Shown here: positions 1 to 8,284 of the stretch, piece by piece | Layout of the letters: every line of letters begins with the position of its first letter | Position numbering within the stretch: position 1 is the stretch's first letter | From: Opitutus sp. GAS368 | GTDB lineage: Bacteria; Verrucomicrobiota; Verrucomicrobiia; Opitutales; Opitutaceae | NCBI GenBank assembly: GCA_943372705.1 | Contig: CALRZR010000009.1 | Location: forward strand, 2,644-66,643 | DNA length: 64,000 nt | Direction of reading: 5' to 3' | Notes under the pieces: model-generated | The model's input: the letters and a program-made list of their open reading frames with translations, nothing else | What the model was told of the DNA's origin: nothing | The model's database searches: none | Translations under genes and position numbers: made by a program

Positions 1-135
1 GCGTTGTTATACAAAGCGCTCACGCGGGGCGCACGCGTGCGAGTGCGGCCTTGCGCGCACGGCGGGCGGACGCAAGGGTGCGGAGGCCGCGTTTTTTCAC
101 GCGGTTGAATCGCGCCCCTTCCCCTCTCTTTCCCC

Positions 136-1287
136 ATGATGAACGCACTCCATCGCCTCGCCCTGCTCGCCGGTCTTACGCTCGCCGTAAGCGGATTTGC
201 CCAAGAAAACGCCGCAAAGAAATCGGCCTCTGCGCCCAAGGCCGCGACCAAAGCCGCGGCCGAGGTTCCGCTCCAATGGCACGACGTGACCACGTGGGGC
301 GTGGAGGGCCGCGCGTGGACGGACACGGAGCGCAAGCGGTGGTTTGACCGCATGCCGGCGGTGGCCGACGGCAAGGTGACGGCGGCGGTGTGGAATCTGA
401 GCCGCGACAGCGCGGGGATGACGGTGCGCTTCAAGACGGACGCAGCGATGATCTGGGCAGACTACACGCTCCTCAAAGAACGGTTGAACGGCGCGAACAT
501 GACACCGATCGGCGCGAGCGGACTCGATCTCTACGCGCGCGATGAAAAAGGAAAATGGCGCTGGGTGGGCGTGACGCGGCCGGACAAGAAGACGGTGAAA
601 CAGGAAATCATTGGCGGTCTCGCGCCGGGGCTGCGCGAATACGCGGTCTATCTGCCGCTCTACAACGGCGTGGAAAATCTGGCGATCGGCGTGCCGCCGG
701 AGGCGAAGTTCGAGACGCTCGCTCCGCGGACAGACAAGCCGATCGTGTTTTACGGCACCTCGATCACGCACGGAGCGAGTGCGTCGCGGCCGGGCATGGT
801 GCATACGGCGATTCTCGGCCGGCGCTTCGACCGCTCGGTGGTGAATCTCGGTTTCTCGGGCAACGGCCGTATGGACGCGGCGGTGGGTGAGCTGCTCGTG
901 AAAATCGACGCGGCGGTCTACGTGATCGACTGTCTGCCAAACATGGACGCGGCGGCGGTGCGCGAGAAATGCATCCCGCTCGTGAAACAACTGCGTGCGG
1001 CGCGTCCGGATACGCCGATCGTGCTCGTGGAGGACCGGCGGAACACGAACTCGTGGATCTTGCCGAAGCGCAACCAGCACCACACCGACAACCACGCGGC
1101 GCTGCGCGAGTGCTTCGACAAATTGAAAGCGGAGGGCGTCAAAGGCCTGTCCTACGTGGCGGGCGACGCGCTGCTGGGCGACGATGCCGAGGGGGCGACG
1201 GACGGCTCGCATCCGAACGATCTCGGATTTGTGCGGCAGGCCGACGTGATGGAGCCGGTGATCCGGGCGGCGCTGAAGGGGCGTTGA
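136..1287 (+). CDS. secreted SGNH/GDSL-family hydrolase (CE2-like acetyl esterase architecture)
   Basis: 383-aa ORF. Signal peptide MMNALHRLALLAGLTLAVSGFA. SGNH blocks FYGTSITHG (nucleophile Ser), GFSGNG and DGSHPND (Asp-x-x-His). A beta-rich N-terminal domain precedes the SGNH fold. Confidence 0.85.
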   Translation: MMNALHRLALLAGLTLAVSGFAQENAAKKSASAPKAATKAAAEVPLQWHDVTTWGVEGRAWTDTERKRWFDRMPAVADGKVTAAVWNLSRDSAGMTVRFKTDAAMIWADYTLLKERLNGANMTPIGASGLDLYARDEKGKWRWVGVTRPDKKTVKQEIIGGLAPGLREYAVYLPLYNGVENLAIGVPPEAKFETLAPRTDKPIVFYGTSITHGASASRPGMVHTAILGRRFDRSVVNLGFSGNGRMDAAVGELLVKIDAAVYVIDCLPNMDAAAVREKCIPLVKQLRAARPDTPIVLVEDRRNTNSWILPKRNQHHTDNHAALRECFDKLKAEGVKGLSYVAGDALLGDDAEGATDGSHPNDLGFVRQADVMEPVIRAALKGR

Positions 1288-1433
1288 GCGGAGTCGCAGA
1301 AGGCGACGCGGCGAGGCAAGGGGGGCCGCGGACGGACGGCCGTGAGCGCGGATGGCGAAGAAAACTATTCGGGGCCGGAAAATTCGACCGATTTCGGGGT
1401 GCAAACCTGAGAAAATTCGCCAGCGTAATTTCC

Positions 1434-1898
1434 GTGCCCCCGACAAAAAAACGCCCCGCGATTCCCCGGCTCGATGGTGGACCGCAGACGATCATCCTCG
1501 TGGAGGAAGTCGCGCGGTCGGTGGATTTTTACGGCGACGTGCTGCGTCTCGAATTGCGGGATGGCGACACGGACCGTTATGCGGAATTTGATACTGGGGA
1601 CGGCGGCGTTTTGCTGCTCGTGAAGCGGGACGGGACGATTGCGCCGATGGCGACGGCTGCGGTGGCGGATTCGCCCAAGGGGCTAACGTTTACCGTGGAG
1701 GACACGGGTTTCGAATCGTGGAAAAAGTGGCTCGCGAAGCGTGGTGTGCCGATCGAGCGCGAGGCGAAACTGATCCACGGCGGGCGGAGTCTGGTGGTGC
1801 GCGACCCGGACAAGCGCAAGGTGGAGTTCAAAACGCCGGCGTCGGTGAAGGCGCCGACGCGGCCGCCGATGCCGATCGAGCGGAAGAAGGAAGAGTAG
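1434..1898 (+). CDS. VOC / glyoxalase-bleomycin-resistance family protein
   Basis: C-terminal part of ORF 969..1898. VOC-like pattern: TIILVEEVARSVDFYGDVLRLEL ... GVLLLVKRD ... GLTFTVED ... GRSLVVRDPDKRKVEF. Start uncertain: in-frame GTG at 1434 or GTG at 1500. The upstream part of the ORF is Arg/Gly-rich junk overlapping the previous gene. Confidence 0.6.
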   Translation: MPPTKKRPAIPRLDGGPQTIILVEEVARSVDFYGDVLRLELRDGDTDRYAEFDTGDGGVLLLVKRDGTIAPMATAAVADSPKGLTFTVEDTGFESWKKWLAKRGVPIEREAKLIHGGRSLVVRDPDKRKVEFKTPASVKAPTRPPMPIERKKEE

Positions 1899-1926
1899 CA
1901 GGGGCGGGGGAGGCGTGCGCAGAAAT

Positions 1927-1953
1927 GCGGTCGCAGGGACGCGACCGCCCACC
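1927..1953 (-). repeat. REP-like hairpin (GTGG-head type)
   Basis: Stem gcggtcgc/gcgaccgc, loop agggac, tail ccacc on + strand (GGTGG head on - strand). Intergenic. Confidence 0.55.
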
Positions 1954-1978
1954 ACAGAGAGACGGGGCGGACAAAACG

Positions 1979-2004
1979 GCGCGTTGGGGTCAACGCGCTC
2001 CACC
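1979..2004 (-). repeat. REP-like hairpin (GTGG-head type, family gcgcgttg-gggt-caacgcgc)
   Basis: 8-bp stem gcgcgttg/caacgcgc, loop gggt, tail tccacc. Near-identical copies at 29814, 45556 and 57961. Confidence 0.7.
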
Positions 2005-2020
2005 TCGAAGGCGGGCGGAG

Positions 2021-2803
2021 TCAGCGGAGCTTTTCGAGAGCGGCGCGGGCGCGGCGGCGGGCTTCGTCGTCGTATTTCTCCTTTTGCGGCAGGGCGAGGG
2101 CTTGCTCGAAGGTTTTTTTCGCGGCGTCACGCTGGCCGTCGGCGAGGAGGGCAAAGCCGAGTTCGACACGGTGCGACGGCAGTTGCGGCGCGAGTTCGGT
2201 GGCGCGCGTGAGCAGGCGCACGGCTTCGGCGGTGGAGGCCTTGGGCAGGCCGCCGTAGATGAGTTTCACAATGAAACGGGTCGCGGCGCCGAGGGTGGCG
2301 ACTTCGTAGTGCCAGCGGCCGAGGACGTGATGGGCGTAGTCGTAGGCGGGATCGAGGGTGAGGGCGCGCTCGGCGTATTCGCGGACATGGCGGGAGTATT
2401 CGATTTTCGTGCGCGTGTCGGAAAGGGCACCCAGTTTGCCGTAGCAGATCGCGAGCGAGAGGACGTTGACGGCGTTTGCGGGATCGAGTGCGACCGAGCG
2501 CTGGGCGAAGGCGAGGGCTTCGGTGCAGAGGCGCTTTTGTTCGGTGGTATCCTTGGTATCGAAGCTGAGGTCGGAGTATTGGCGGGCGATTTTCTGGAGA
2601 ATGAACTGGTCGTTGGGGCGCGCGGCATCGGCCTTGAGGAAGAAGTCGAGGGCGGTCTTGGAATCGAAGCGGGCCTCGGCGGCGAGGGCGTCGCGGAGGA
2701 GCGGGTCGGGGGCGGGAGCGGTGGGCGTGATGGAGTCGGCCGCCGCGAGACGGCAGAGAAGCGCACTGAGGAAGATGACGAGCGAATGACAGAGCGTGCG
2801 CAT
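2021..2803 (-). CDS. secreted TPR-repeat protein
   Basis: 260-aa ORF. Signal peptide MRTLCHSLVIFLSALLCRLAAA, followed by helical 34-residue-type repeats rich in A/L/Y/D. Confidence 0.8.
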   Translation of the reverse strand: MRTLCHSLVIFLSALLCRLAAADSITPTAPAPDPLLRDALAAEARFDSKTALDFFLKADAARPNDQFILQKIARQYSDLSFDTKDTTEQKRLCTEALAFAQRSVALDPANAVNVLSLAICYGKLGALSDTRTKIEYSRHVREYAERALTLDPAYDYAHHVLGRWHYEVATLGAATRFIVKLIYGGLPKASTAEAVRLLTRATELAPQLPSHRVELGFALLADGQRDAAKKTFEQALALPQKEKYDDEARRRARAALEKLR

Positions 2804-2904
2804 CGGAAGTGCTACGGTTGTCGTGAGGGCATGGATGCCGGGGAGCCGGCTGTCATGGGAAAAAGACTTTGCGTGAGAAAAAGCGGGGCATAAATGTCTG
2901 GACG

Positions 2905-3159
2905 ATGAAAGCCGCCGTTGAAACCGAGTTGATGGAAATCAGTCGCAAGCTCTCGCCGAAAAAACGTCGGGAGTGGCTGAACTACGGGCGCAGGCTTTAC
3001 ACGCAGACTGAAAAGAAACCTGCCGCCGTCGAGGAGGACGGTGATGCGGCGTGGGAGCGGATCATCGCCGATCCGAAGCCGCGGCCGAAGTTGCGTGCGT
3101 TCGTCGAGCGTGTGTTGCGCGAAGAAAAAGGCGAACCAATGGATCTGAAGAAACTGTGA
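2905..3159 (+). CDS. putative antitoxin of a type II TA pair
   Basis: ATG at residue 13 of ORF 2869..3159 (MKAAVETELMEISRKLSPKKRREWL...). Small acidic/basic helical protein. Its stop overlaps the GTG start of the downstream RelE/ParE-like gene (GTGA). Region visibly lower in GC. Confidence 0.55.
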   Translation: MKAAVETELMEISRKLSPKKRREWLNYGRRLYTQTEKKPAAVEEDGDAAWERIIADPKPRPKLRAFVERVLREEKGEPMDLKKL

Positions 3160-3416
3160 GGTCGATCACCTCATCCACTTTTTGGAAGCTCTATAGCGGA
3201 CTGCCGGAGGAAGCGCGGGCCCAAGCGAAGAATAGTAACTTGCTGTGGATGGAGAACCCTTTTCATCCCTCGCTCCATTTCAAAACATTGCAGGGCGAGG
3301 GTGCTTTATGTTCGGTGCGCGTTGGCCAGAAATACCGCGCGGTTGGAGTGCGGCAGGGAGATGCAGTCCGTTGGGTGTGGATCGGGACGCACAACGAATT
3401 CGATAAACATTTTTGA
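3156..3416 (+). CDS. RelE/ParE-superfamily toxin
   Basis: In-frame GTG at 3156 of ORF 3051..3416, giving an 86-aa product. The C-terminal pattern LCSVRVGQKYRAVGVRQGDAVRWVWIGTHNEFDKHF is typical of RelE/ParE/HigB-type toxins (xSxRxxxxYRxxxxxxxxxxxxxxIGxHxxYD). Confidence 0.65.
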   Translation: MRSITSSTFWKLYSGLPEEARAQAKNSNLLWMENPFHPSLHFKTLQGEGALCSVRVGQKYRAVGVRQGDAVRWVWIGTHNEFDKHF

Positions 3417-3466
3417 GCGAGTGCACGTGGGCACCCAGAAGCCGCGCTCGGTCGGCGATAACTATT

Positions 3467-4477
3467 CTAGATTTTCCTGAAGAGGTAGTGGCTCACGAGC
3501 CATTCTTCGCCGGCGCGGTAGCCCCAGAGTTCGGCGCAGCTCATGTAGAACACGCGCCAGTAGGCCCACCATTTGGTGGCTTGGTCGGGGCCGTAGGTTT
3601 GCGCGAAGAGCGGCATGATCTCGGCGCGGTGGGCGTCCATGTTTTGGAGCCAGTGCTCGGCAGTCTGTTGGTAGTGGCGGCCGTTTACTTTCCAGTCGGA
3701 GACTATTTTGAGGTCGTCTTGAAATTGGAGGAAGAGGTCGTGGGCGGGGATTTGGCCACCGGTGAAAAAGTAGCGGCTCATCCAGTCGGAGGCGTCGCGG
3801 GCGACGAAGTGGTAACTGAGGCGGTGGTGCGTGAAGATGTGGGTAAAGAGCATCCCGCCGGGTTTGAGCCAGCGTGCGATATTCGCGAAGAGCAGTTGGT
3901 AGTTTTTTAGGTGCTCGAACATCTCGACGGAAACGACGCGGTCGAACTGGGCGGGCGCGGTGTCGAAGACGTTAATGTCGGCGGTGATGATCGTGAGATT
4001 CGTGAGGCCGCGGCGTTTGGCTTCGGCGTCGATGTGCTCTTTTTGGGTGCGGGAATTCGATATCGCGGTGATGCGAGAGCGGGGAAATTTGGCGGCGTTG
4101 TAGAGAGCGAGGGAGCCCCAGCCGCAGCCGAGTTCGAGGATGGATTGGCCGTCGGTGAGTTGGGCGCGCTCGGCGTAGAGGGCGAGCATGGCGTCCTCGG
4201 CTTGGTCGAGGGTTTCGCGGCCAGTCGTGTAGAGGCAGCCGGAGTATTTGAGGTTTTTGCCGAGACAGAGTTGGTAAAAGCGCGTGGGAACTTCGTAGTG
4301 CTGCTCGTTGGCGGCGGCGGTTTGCTCGGCGAGCGGGCGGGCCTTGAGATCGGCGACGTAGGTCTCGCGGTGGTAGACGGCGGACTCGTCGCGGAGGCGT
4401 TGCGCGAGCAGTCGGCGGATGCCGATGCGGAGGAGCCAGTCGGGGAGGAGGTTTTTCTCGAGAAGGGAATCGATCAT
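3467..4477 (-). CDS. cyclopropane-fatty-acyl-phospholipid-synthase-family SAM-dependent methyltransferase (short paralogue)
   Basis: 336-aa ORF. SAM motif I ILELGCGWGSLALY. CFA/mycolic-acid methyltransferase-like C-terminus (HYQQTAEHWLQNM...WRVFYMSCAELW). Confidence 0.9.
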   Translation of the reverse strand: MIDSLLEKNLLPDWLLRIGIRRLLAQRLRDESAVYHRETYVADLKARPLAEQTAAANEQHYEVPTRFYQLCLGKNLKYSGCLYTTGRETLDQAEDAMLALYAERAQLTDGQSILELGCGWGSLALYNAAKFPRSRITAISNSRTQKEHIDAEAKRRGLTNLTIITADINVFDTAPAQFDRVVSVEMFEHLKNYQLLFANIARWLKPGGMLFTHIFTHHRLSYHFVARDASDWMSRYFFTGGQIPAHDLFLQFQDDLKIVSDWKVNGRHYQQTAEHWLQNMDAHRAEIMPLFAQTYGPDQATKWWAYWRVFYMSCAELWGYRAGEEWLVSHYLFRKI

Positions 4478-4495
4478 GAGGCGGATGGCGGGAAA

Positions 4496-4599
4496 TTTTT
4501 CTCTTTCCTCTTTCTCTTAATCTTTATCTCGGGTCGGAGGATCGATGGGAGCGCAGGTAGGGACTGACGAAAGAGAAAGATGAAGAGGAAAGAGAAAGA
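4496..4599. repeat. polypyrimidine/polypurine inverted-repeat element, copy 1
   Basis: Pyrimidine arm 4496-4530 contains the core TTTCTCTTTCCTCTTTCTCTTAATCTTT. GC-rich loop ends in CTGACGAAAGAG. Purine arm 4569-4599 (GAAAGAGAAAGATGAAGAGGAAAGAGAAAGA). Fills the 126-nt gap between two operon genes. Confidence 0.8.
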
Positions 4600-4603
4600 T
4601 ACG

Positions 4604-5401
4604 TTAGCTGGGCGGGAGTTGTTTCGGAAACCACGGGATGAAGGCGCTCGTGGTTTGTTGGTAGCGGCGGTAGGCGTCGCCGCGGGAGCGCAGGCTTTGC
4701 TCTTCGGTGAGCGGGATGCCGGTGACGCGGAGGAGGAGGTAGAGGATGCTCGCGGGGCCGATGATGGCGATCCAGCCATAGGGCGAGCCGAGGGCGAAAA
4801 CAAAGAACGAGACCCAGATGAGCCACTCGAAGAAATAATTGGGGTGGCGGCTGTAGCGCCAGAGGCCGACGGCGCAGACTTGGCCTTTGTTGGCGGGGTT
4901 CTTTTTGAAATGGGCGAGTTGGGCGTCGCCGAGGGCTTCGCCGCTGATGGCGAGGAGCCAGAGGGCGGCGCCGGCGTATTCGAGCGGATGCAGGGCGGGT
5001 GCGGGATTGACGGCGGCGAGGACGAAGGCGGCGCCGAGGAGGACGACCGTGGCGGCCTGAAGTTGAAAGAAGCCGAACATTTTTGGAGCGAAGACGCCGG
5101 CCCAGTCGCGGCGGAGTTGGACGTAGCGGCCGTCTTCGACCGGGTGGTGGCCGATCACGCGGATCGCGAGATGCGTGCCGAGGCGGAGACTCCAGACGAC
5201 GGCGAGGGCGGCGACGAGAGCCCGGCGAACGGGCCAGCCGGGGCCGGCGAGGGCGTAGAACGTTGCGAGCGCGGCGAAGGCGTAGGACCAGGCGACGTCG
5301 ACGATGCCGTAGTTGTCGAGGCGGCGCGCGAGAAAGTAGAGCAGCGCGAAGGCGATGCAGAGGGCGGCGAGAGCGGTGAGAATGAGGGCGAGGGCGGACA
5401 C
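4604..5401 (-). CDS. DUF1295-family membrane protein (steroid-5-alpha-reductase/ICMT-like fold)
   Basis: C-terminal 265 aa of ORF 4604..5770, starting at GTG 5401 (VSALALILTALAAL...). Multi-TM. Signature GLWRYSRHPNYFFEW. The upstream part of the ORF is Ser/Pro junk running through the repeat element. Confidence 0.85.
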   Translation of the reverse strand: MSALALILTALAALCIAFALLYFLARRLDNYGIVDVAWSYAFAALATFYALAGPGWPVRRALVAALAVVWSLRLGTHLAIRVIGHHPVEDGRYVQLRRDWAGVFAPKMFGFFQLQAATVVLLGAAFVLAAVNPAPALHPLEYAGAALWLLAISGEALGDAQLAHFKKNPANKGQVCAVGLWRYSRHPNYFFEWLIWVSFFVFALGSPYGWIAIIGPASILYLLLRVTGIPLTEEQSLRSRGDAYRRYQQTTSAFIPWFPKQLPPS

Positions 5402-5417
5402 GGAGGGCGGGAGTAAA

Positions 5418-5502
5418 TCTTTCTCTTTCCTCTTTCTCTTAATCTTTCTCCGGTTCGGGCACGGCCTGACGAAAGAGCAAGAGAAAGAGGAAAGAGAAAG
5501 AG
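5418..5502. repeat. polypyrimidine/polypurine inverted-repeat element, copy 2
   Basis: Pyrimidine arm 5418-5451 carries the same 28-nt core as copy 1. Loop ends in CTGACGAAAGAG. Purine arm 5471-5502. The arms are complementary over about 22 consecutive bp. Fills the 109-nt gap between DUF1475 and DUF1295 genes. Confidence 0.85.
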
Positions 5503-5510
5503 TCGGGAAC

Positions 5511-5915
5511 TCAGGCGAGGAGGTAGATGGCGATCGAGAGGGCGGTGAGGGAGGCGGGGAGGGCGAGGCGGCCGGGTTGGCTTTGCGTGAAGACGGTGGT
5601 GAGGGCGTCGGGGGCGGTGGCGGAGACGCGGAAGAGTTGGGCGAGCATGTAGAGCGCGATGGCGAGATTACCGAGGGCGATGAGGGAGAAGAACCAGAGG
5701 AGGCGGGCGGCGAGCGTTTGTTCTTTCCATGCGACCCAAACGAAGAAGGCGATGAAGGCCCAATAAGCATCGAAGAGCGTGGCGATCACCCACGGGTCGC
5801 GGAAGGTGGGACTGCGGACGAAGTCGCCGAGGGGTTGGGCGAGGCTCGCCCACGTTGTGACGCCGAGCATCGAGGCGAACACGAGTAGGAAGAGGGCGCG
5901 GAGGAAGAGGATCAT
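5511..5915 (-). CDS. DUF1475-family small membrane protein
   Basis: 134-aa ORF with 4 predicted TM segments. The motif ATLFDAYWAFIAFFVWVAWKE matches my recollection of DUF1475 proteins found in CFA-synthase/DUF1365 clusters. Confidence 0.75.
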   Translation of the reverse strand: MILFLRALFLLVFASMLGVTTWASLAQPLGDFVRSPTFRDPWVIATLFDAYWAFIAFFVWVAWKEQTLAARLLWFFSLIALGNLAIALYMLAQLFRVSATAPDALTTVFTQSQPGRLALPASLTALSIAIYLLA

Positions 5916-5967
5916 TTCGGGTGTGGTGGCGGAGGCGCGGCGTTAAGCCCCTCCCTCATTGGGCGGA

Positions 5968-5992
5968 GGGCGGGTCGGAGACCCTGCCCTAC
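5968..5992 (-). repeat. REP-like hairpin (GTAG-head type)
   Basis: Imperfect stem gggcgggtc/gaccctgccc, tail tac on + strand. Lies immediately downstream of the stop of the CFA synthase gene (5994). Confidence 0.55.
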
Positions 5993-5993
5993 T

Positions 5994-7322
5994 TCAGAAC
6001 GAGAGGTTGTTGGCGCGGGTGTGGAGGGTGTGGACGACGGAGATGTTGCGCATCGCGAAGGCGCTTTCGCAGTAGGCGAGGTAGTAGCTCCATTTGCGGA
6101 TGAAGCGGTCGTCGAAGCCGAGGGCGCGGACTTGTTCGGTGCGGTGGCGGAAGTTGTCGTGCCAGATGCGGAGGGTGCGGGCGTAGTCTTGGCCGAAGTC
6201 GTCGACCTGGTGCAGGACGAAACCGCCGGCGCGGGATAGGAGGTCGTTAACCCGGTTGAGGGAGAGGAGGAGCGAGCCGGGGAAAATGTGCTTCTGGATA
6301 AAATCCACGCCCGTGCGGAATTCGTTGTATCGGGAATCCGGGCACGTGATGAATTGGAGGGCGAGGAGGCCGTCGCGTTTGAGGACACGGTCGAGAACGG
6401 CGGTGAACTCGGGGAGGTAGCGGTGGCCGATGGCTTCCATCATTTCGATGGAGACGATTTTGTCGTAGGTGCCGGTGAGGTCGCGGTAGTCGCGGAGTTG
6501 GACATCGACGCGGTCGGCGAGGCCGGCTGCGGCGATGCGGGCGCGGGCGAGGTCGTATTGTTGTTGGGAGATCGTGACGGTGGTGACGCGGCATCCGTAG
6601 GTCTGCGCGGCGTGGAGGGACCAGCCGCCCCAGCCGGTGCCGATCTCGAGGACGTGGTCGGTGGGAGCGAGGCGAAGGGAGCGGCAGAGGGCGTCGTTTT
6701 TCTCGCGTTGGGCTTCCTCGAGGGGGAGGTGCGGCGCGGTGGCGGGCCACTTCGCGGCGGAATACATCAGCGACGGGTCGAGAAAGAGGGCGAAGAAATC
6801 GTTGGAGAGATCGTAGTGCTCGGAGATGTTGCGCCGAGCGGTCTCGCGGGAATTGGGGCGGAGGAGGTGGCCGACGCGGTTGGTGAAACGGAGGAGGTTG
6901 AGGGCCCAGGATTGGGCGCGCTTTTTGGCGGAGCCGGAGAGGGTGGGAGCGGAGTCGACGTTGAGGAGGAACCACGCGATGACGGCGGCGAGGTGAGGCG
7001 TCTCCCAATCGCCGTCGATGTAAGATTCGGCGAAACCGATGTCGCCGGAGAGGACGCATTTCTTGAAGAAGGCTTCGCGGCGGACGCGGATGTGGGCGGC
7101 GGCGGGGAGAGCGAGCGGGAGGCGGAGCGCGAGCGCGGCGGAGTGGTCGCCGATTTCATGGACGGTGCCGTCGGGGAGCTCCATGCGCAGATGGCCGCGG
7201 GTCATGTCGGCAAAAGCACGGAGGATCGCAGCGCGGTAGAAAGTGGGCTTGGCGTGCGCGGCGGTGCGGTCGGCGAAGTCGGCGGCGGTTGTGGGAGAGG
7301 AGGAGAGAGGCTCGGAACTCAT
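5994..7322 (-). CDS. cyclopropane-fatty-acyl-phospholipid synthase family methyltransferase (long paralogue)
   Basis: ATG at 7322 (residue 29 of ORF 5994..7406, MSSEPLSS...) forms an ATGA overlap with the stop of the upstream DUF1365 gene. SAM motif VLEIGTGWGGWSLHAA. C-terminal RKWSYYLAYCESAF. Confidence 0.9.
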   Translation of the reverse strand: MSSEPLSSSPTTAADFADRTAAHAKPTFYRAAILRAFADMTRGHLRMELPDGTVHEIGDHSAALALRLPLALPAAAHIRVRREAFFKKCVLSGDIGFAESYIDGDWETPHLAAVIAWFLLNVDSAPTLSGSAKKRAQSWALNLLRFTNRVGHLLRPNSRETARRNISEHYDLSNDFFALFLDPSLMYSAAKWPATAPHLPLEEAQREKNDALCRSLRLAPTDHVLEIGTGWGGWSLHAAQTYGCRVTTVTISQQQYDLARARIAAAGLADRVDVQLRDYRDLTGTYDKIVSIEMMEAIGHRYLPEFTAVLDRVLKRDGLLALQFITCPDSRYNEFRTGVDFIQKHIFPGSLLLSLNRVNDLLSRAGGFVLHQVDDFGQDYARTLRIWHDNFRHRTEQVRALGFDDRFIRKWSYYLAYCESAFAMRNISVVHTLHTRANNLSF

Positions 7323-8284
7323 GCGGCGTCGGTGGGCTTGGCGAGTGAAGTATGGGGTCGGTAGAGGGAGCGTTGGTCGGCGGCGCGTGCGGATTTGGCG
7401 AACCACGGAACGCGTTTCAGCCAGAGCACGAAGGCGTGCCAGTGGATGAGGGAAATGATGCGGAGGGTGAGAGCGGGATACTTAAGCGAGAACCACGCCA
7501 AGCGGCCGGGGGTGAGGGCGCGGCGCGGTCCAGCGAGGGTGCTGGTGAGGGTGCGATCGGCGCCGACGTAGTCGTCGATTTGGATCGAGAGGGTTTCGCC
7601 GGGCGTGCGGAGTGTGAAATCGAAGGCAACATCGACGTCGGAGAATGGGGAGACGTAGAAGTGTTTCGGGGTGCGGAGGTGGAATGCCGCTTCGCGGCGA
7701 GCCGAGAGTTGAGAGCTGAGAGCTGAGAGATCGGCAGCCGGAGGAGCTGAGAGATCGGCAGCCGGAGGAGCTGAGGGCTCGGTGATGGAAGCGGCGGGGA
7801 CGCGCGTTTCGGGGCCGAGGACGTAGGGTTTTACTTCTTTGAAGGTGTTGGTGACCTCGGCGAGGGCGGCGAGGGGAGTGCCGTGGCGGTCGTAGCAGAA
7901 ATAGAACGACACCGGGTTGAACAGGTAGCCGAAGATGCGCGGGAGCGTGACGAGGACGACGCGGGCGCCGGTGAGATCGAGAGACGGAGAGGCTGCGGCG
8001 ACGTGGGCGAGGACGCGGGATTTGAGGTTTTCGACCGGGGATTTTCGGATTTCGGGAGCGGAGTGGGCGGGGGCGTTGTGGAGGGGCTCGGAAGTTGGGA
8101 GGTAGTCGTGGTCGCGGAACGAGTAGAGGTTGCGGCGGCCGAAGGAGAAAAGCGGCAGGCGGCGGTGGAGTTCGGGGAGCTCGTCGAGGTCGATCGCAAA
8201 AAGGAAGATCCGGTAAACGAAGCGATGCTGACGCGGCGAAAAGCGCGCGTGCAGCACGGAGCATTCGTAGAGACAGGAGTTCAT
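7319..8284 (-). CDS. DUF1365-family protein
   Basis: 321-aa ORF. N-terminus MNSCLYECSVLHARFSPRQHRFVYRIFLFAIDLDEL is typical of DUF1365. Contains an in-frame low-complexity insert with a 24-nt tandem duplication. Confidence 0.85.
   Translation of the reverse strand: MNSCLYECSVLHARFSPRQHRFVYRIFLFAIDLDELPELHRRLPLFSFGRRNLYSFRDHDYLPTSEPLHNAPAHSAPEIRKSPVENLKSRVLAHVAAASPSLDLTGARVVLVTLPRIFGYLFNPVSFYFCYDRHGTPLAALAEVTNTFKEVKPYVLGPETRVPAASITEPSAPPAADLSAPPAADLSALSSQLSARREAAFHLRTPKHFYVSPFSDVDVAFDFTLRTPGETLSIQIDDYVGADRTLTSTLAGPRRALTPGRLAWFSLKYPALTLRIISLIHWHAFVLWLKRVPWFAKSARAADQRSLYRPHTSLAKPTDAA
7721..7768. repeat. perfect 2 x 24-nt tandem duplication inside the DUF1365 gene
   Basis: agctgagagatcggcagccggagg occurs twice back to back, with partial copies flanking. 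Encodes SAPPAADL SAPPAADL on the - strand. Confidence 0.85.

Noticed and set aside
60-110. Weak hairpin with a T-run (ccgcg-ttttttca-cgcgg) at the window start, considered as a terminator of an off-window gene
   Set aside because: The stem is only 5 bp, the T-run lies in the loop rather than after the stem, and the upstream gene is not visible.
97-1446. 449-aa - strand ORF overlapping the SGNH hydrolase gene
   Set aside because: Arg-rich antisense shadow. The + strand ORF has a signal peptide and all the SGNH catalytic blocks.
4569-4599. Purine arm of the inverted-repeat elements interpreted as a Shine-Dalgarno sequence
   Set aside because: The GAGGA-like segments lie more than 25 nt upstream of the start codons, too far for a canonical SD. 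I kept this only as a hypothesis about a masked standby or loading site.
7708-7723. 16-nt identity gttgagagctgagagc shared with 23819-23834, upstream of kynB
   Set aside because: Too short and too low in complexity to call a repeat family from two copies. It may simply reflect the GAGCTGAGAG slippage-prone motif.
7721-7768. Considered whether the 24-nt direct repeats could be a mini CRISPR array
   Set aside because: The repeats are contiguous with no spacers, lie inside a coding sequence, and preserve the reading frame. This is a tandem duplication, not CRISPR. No CRISPR-like array was seen anywhere in the window.
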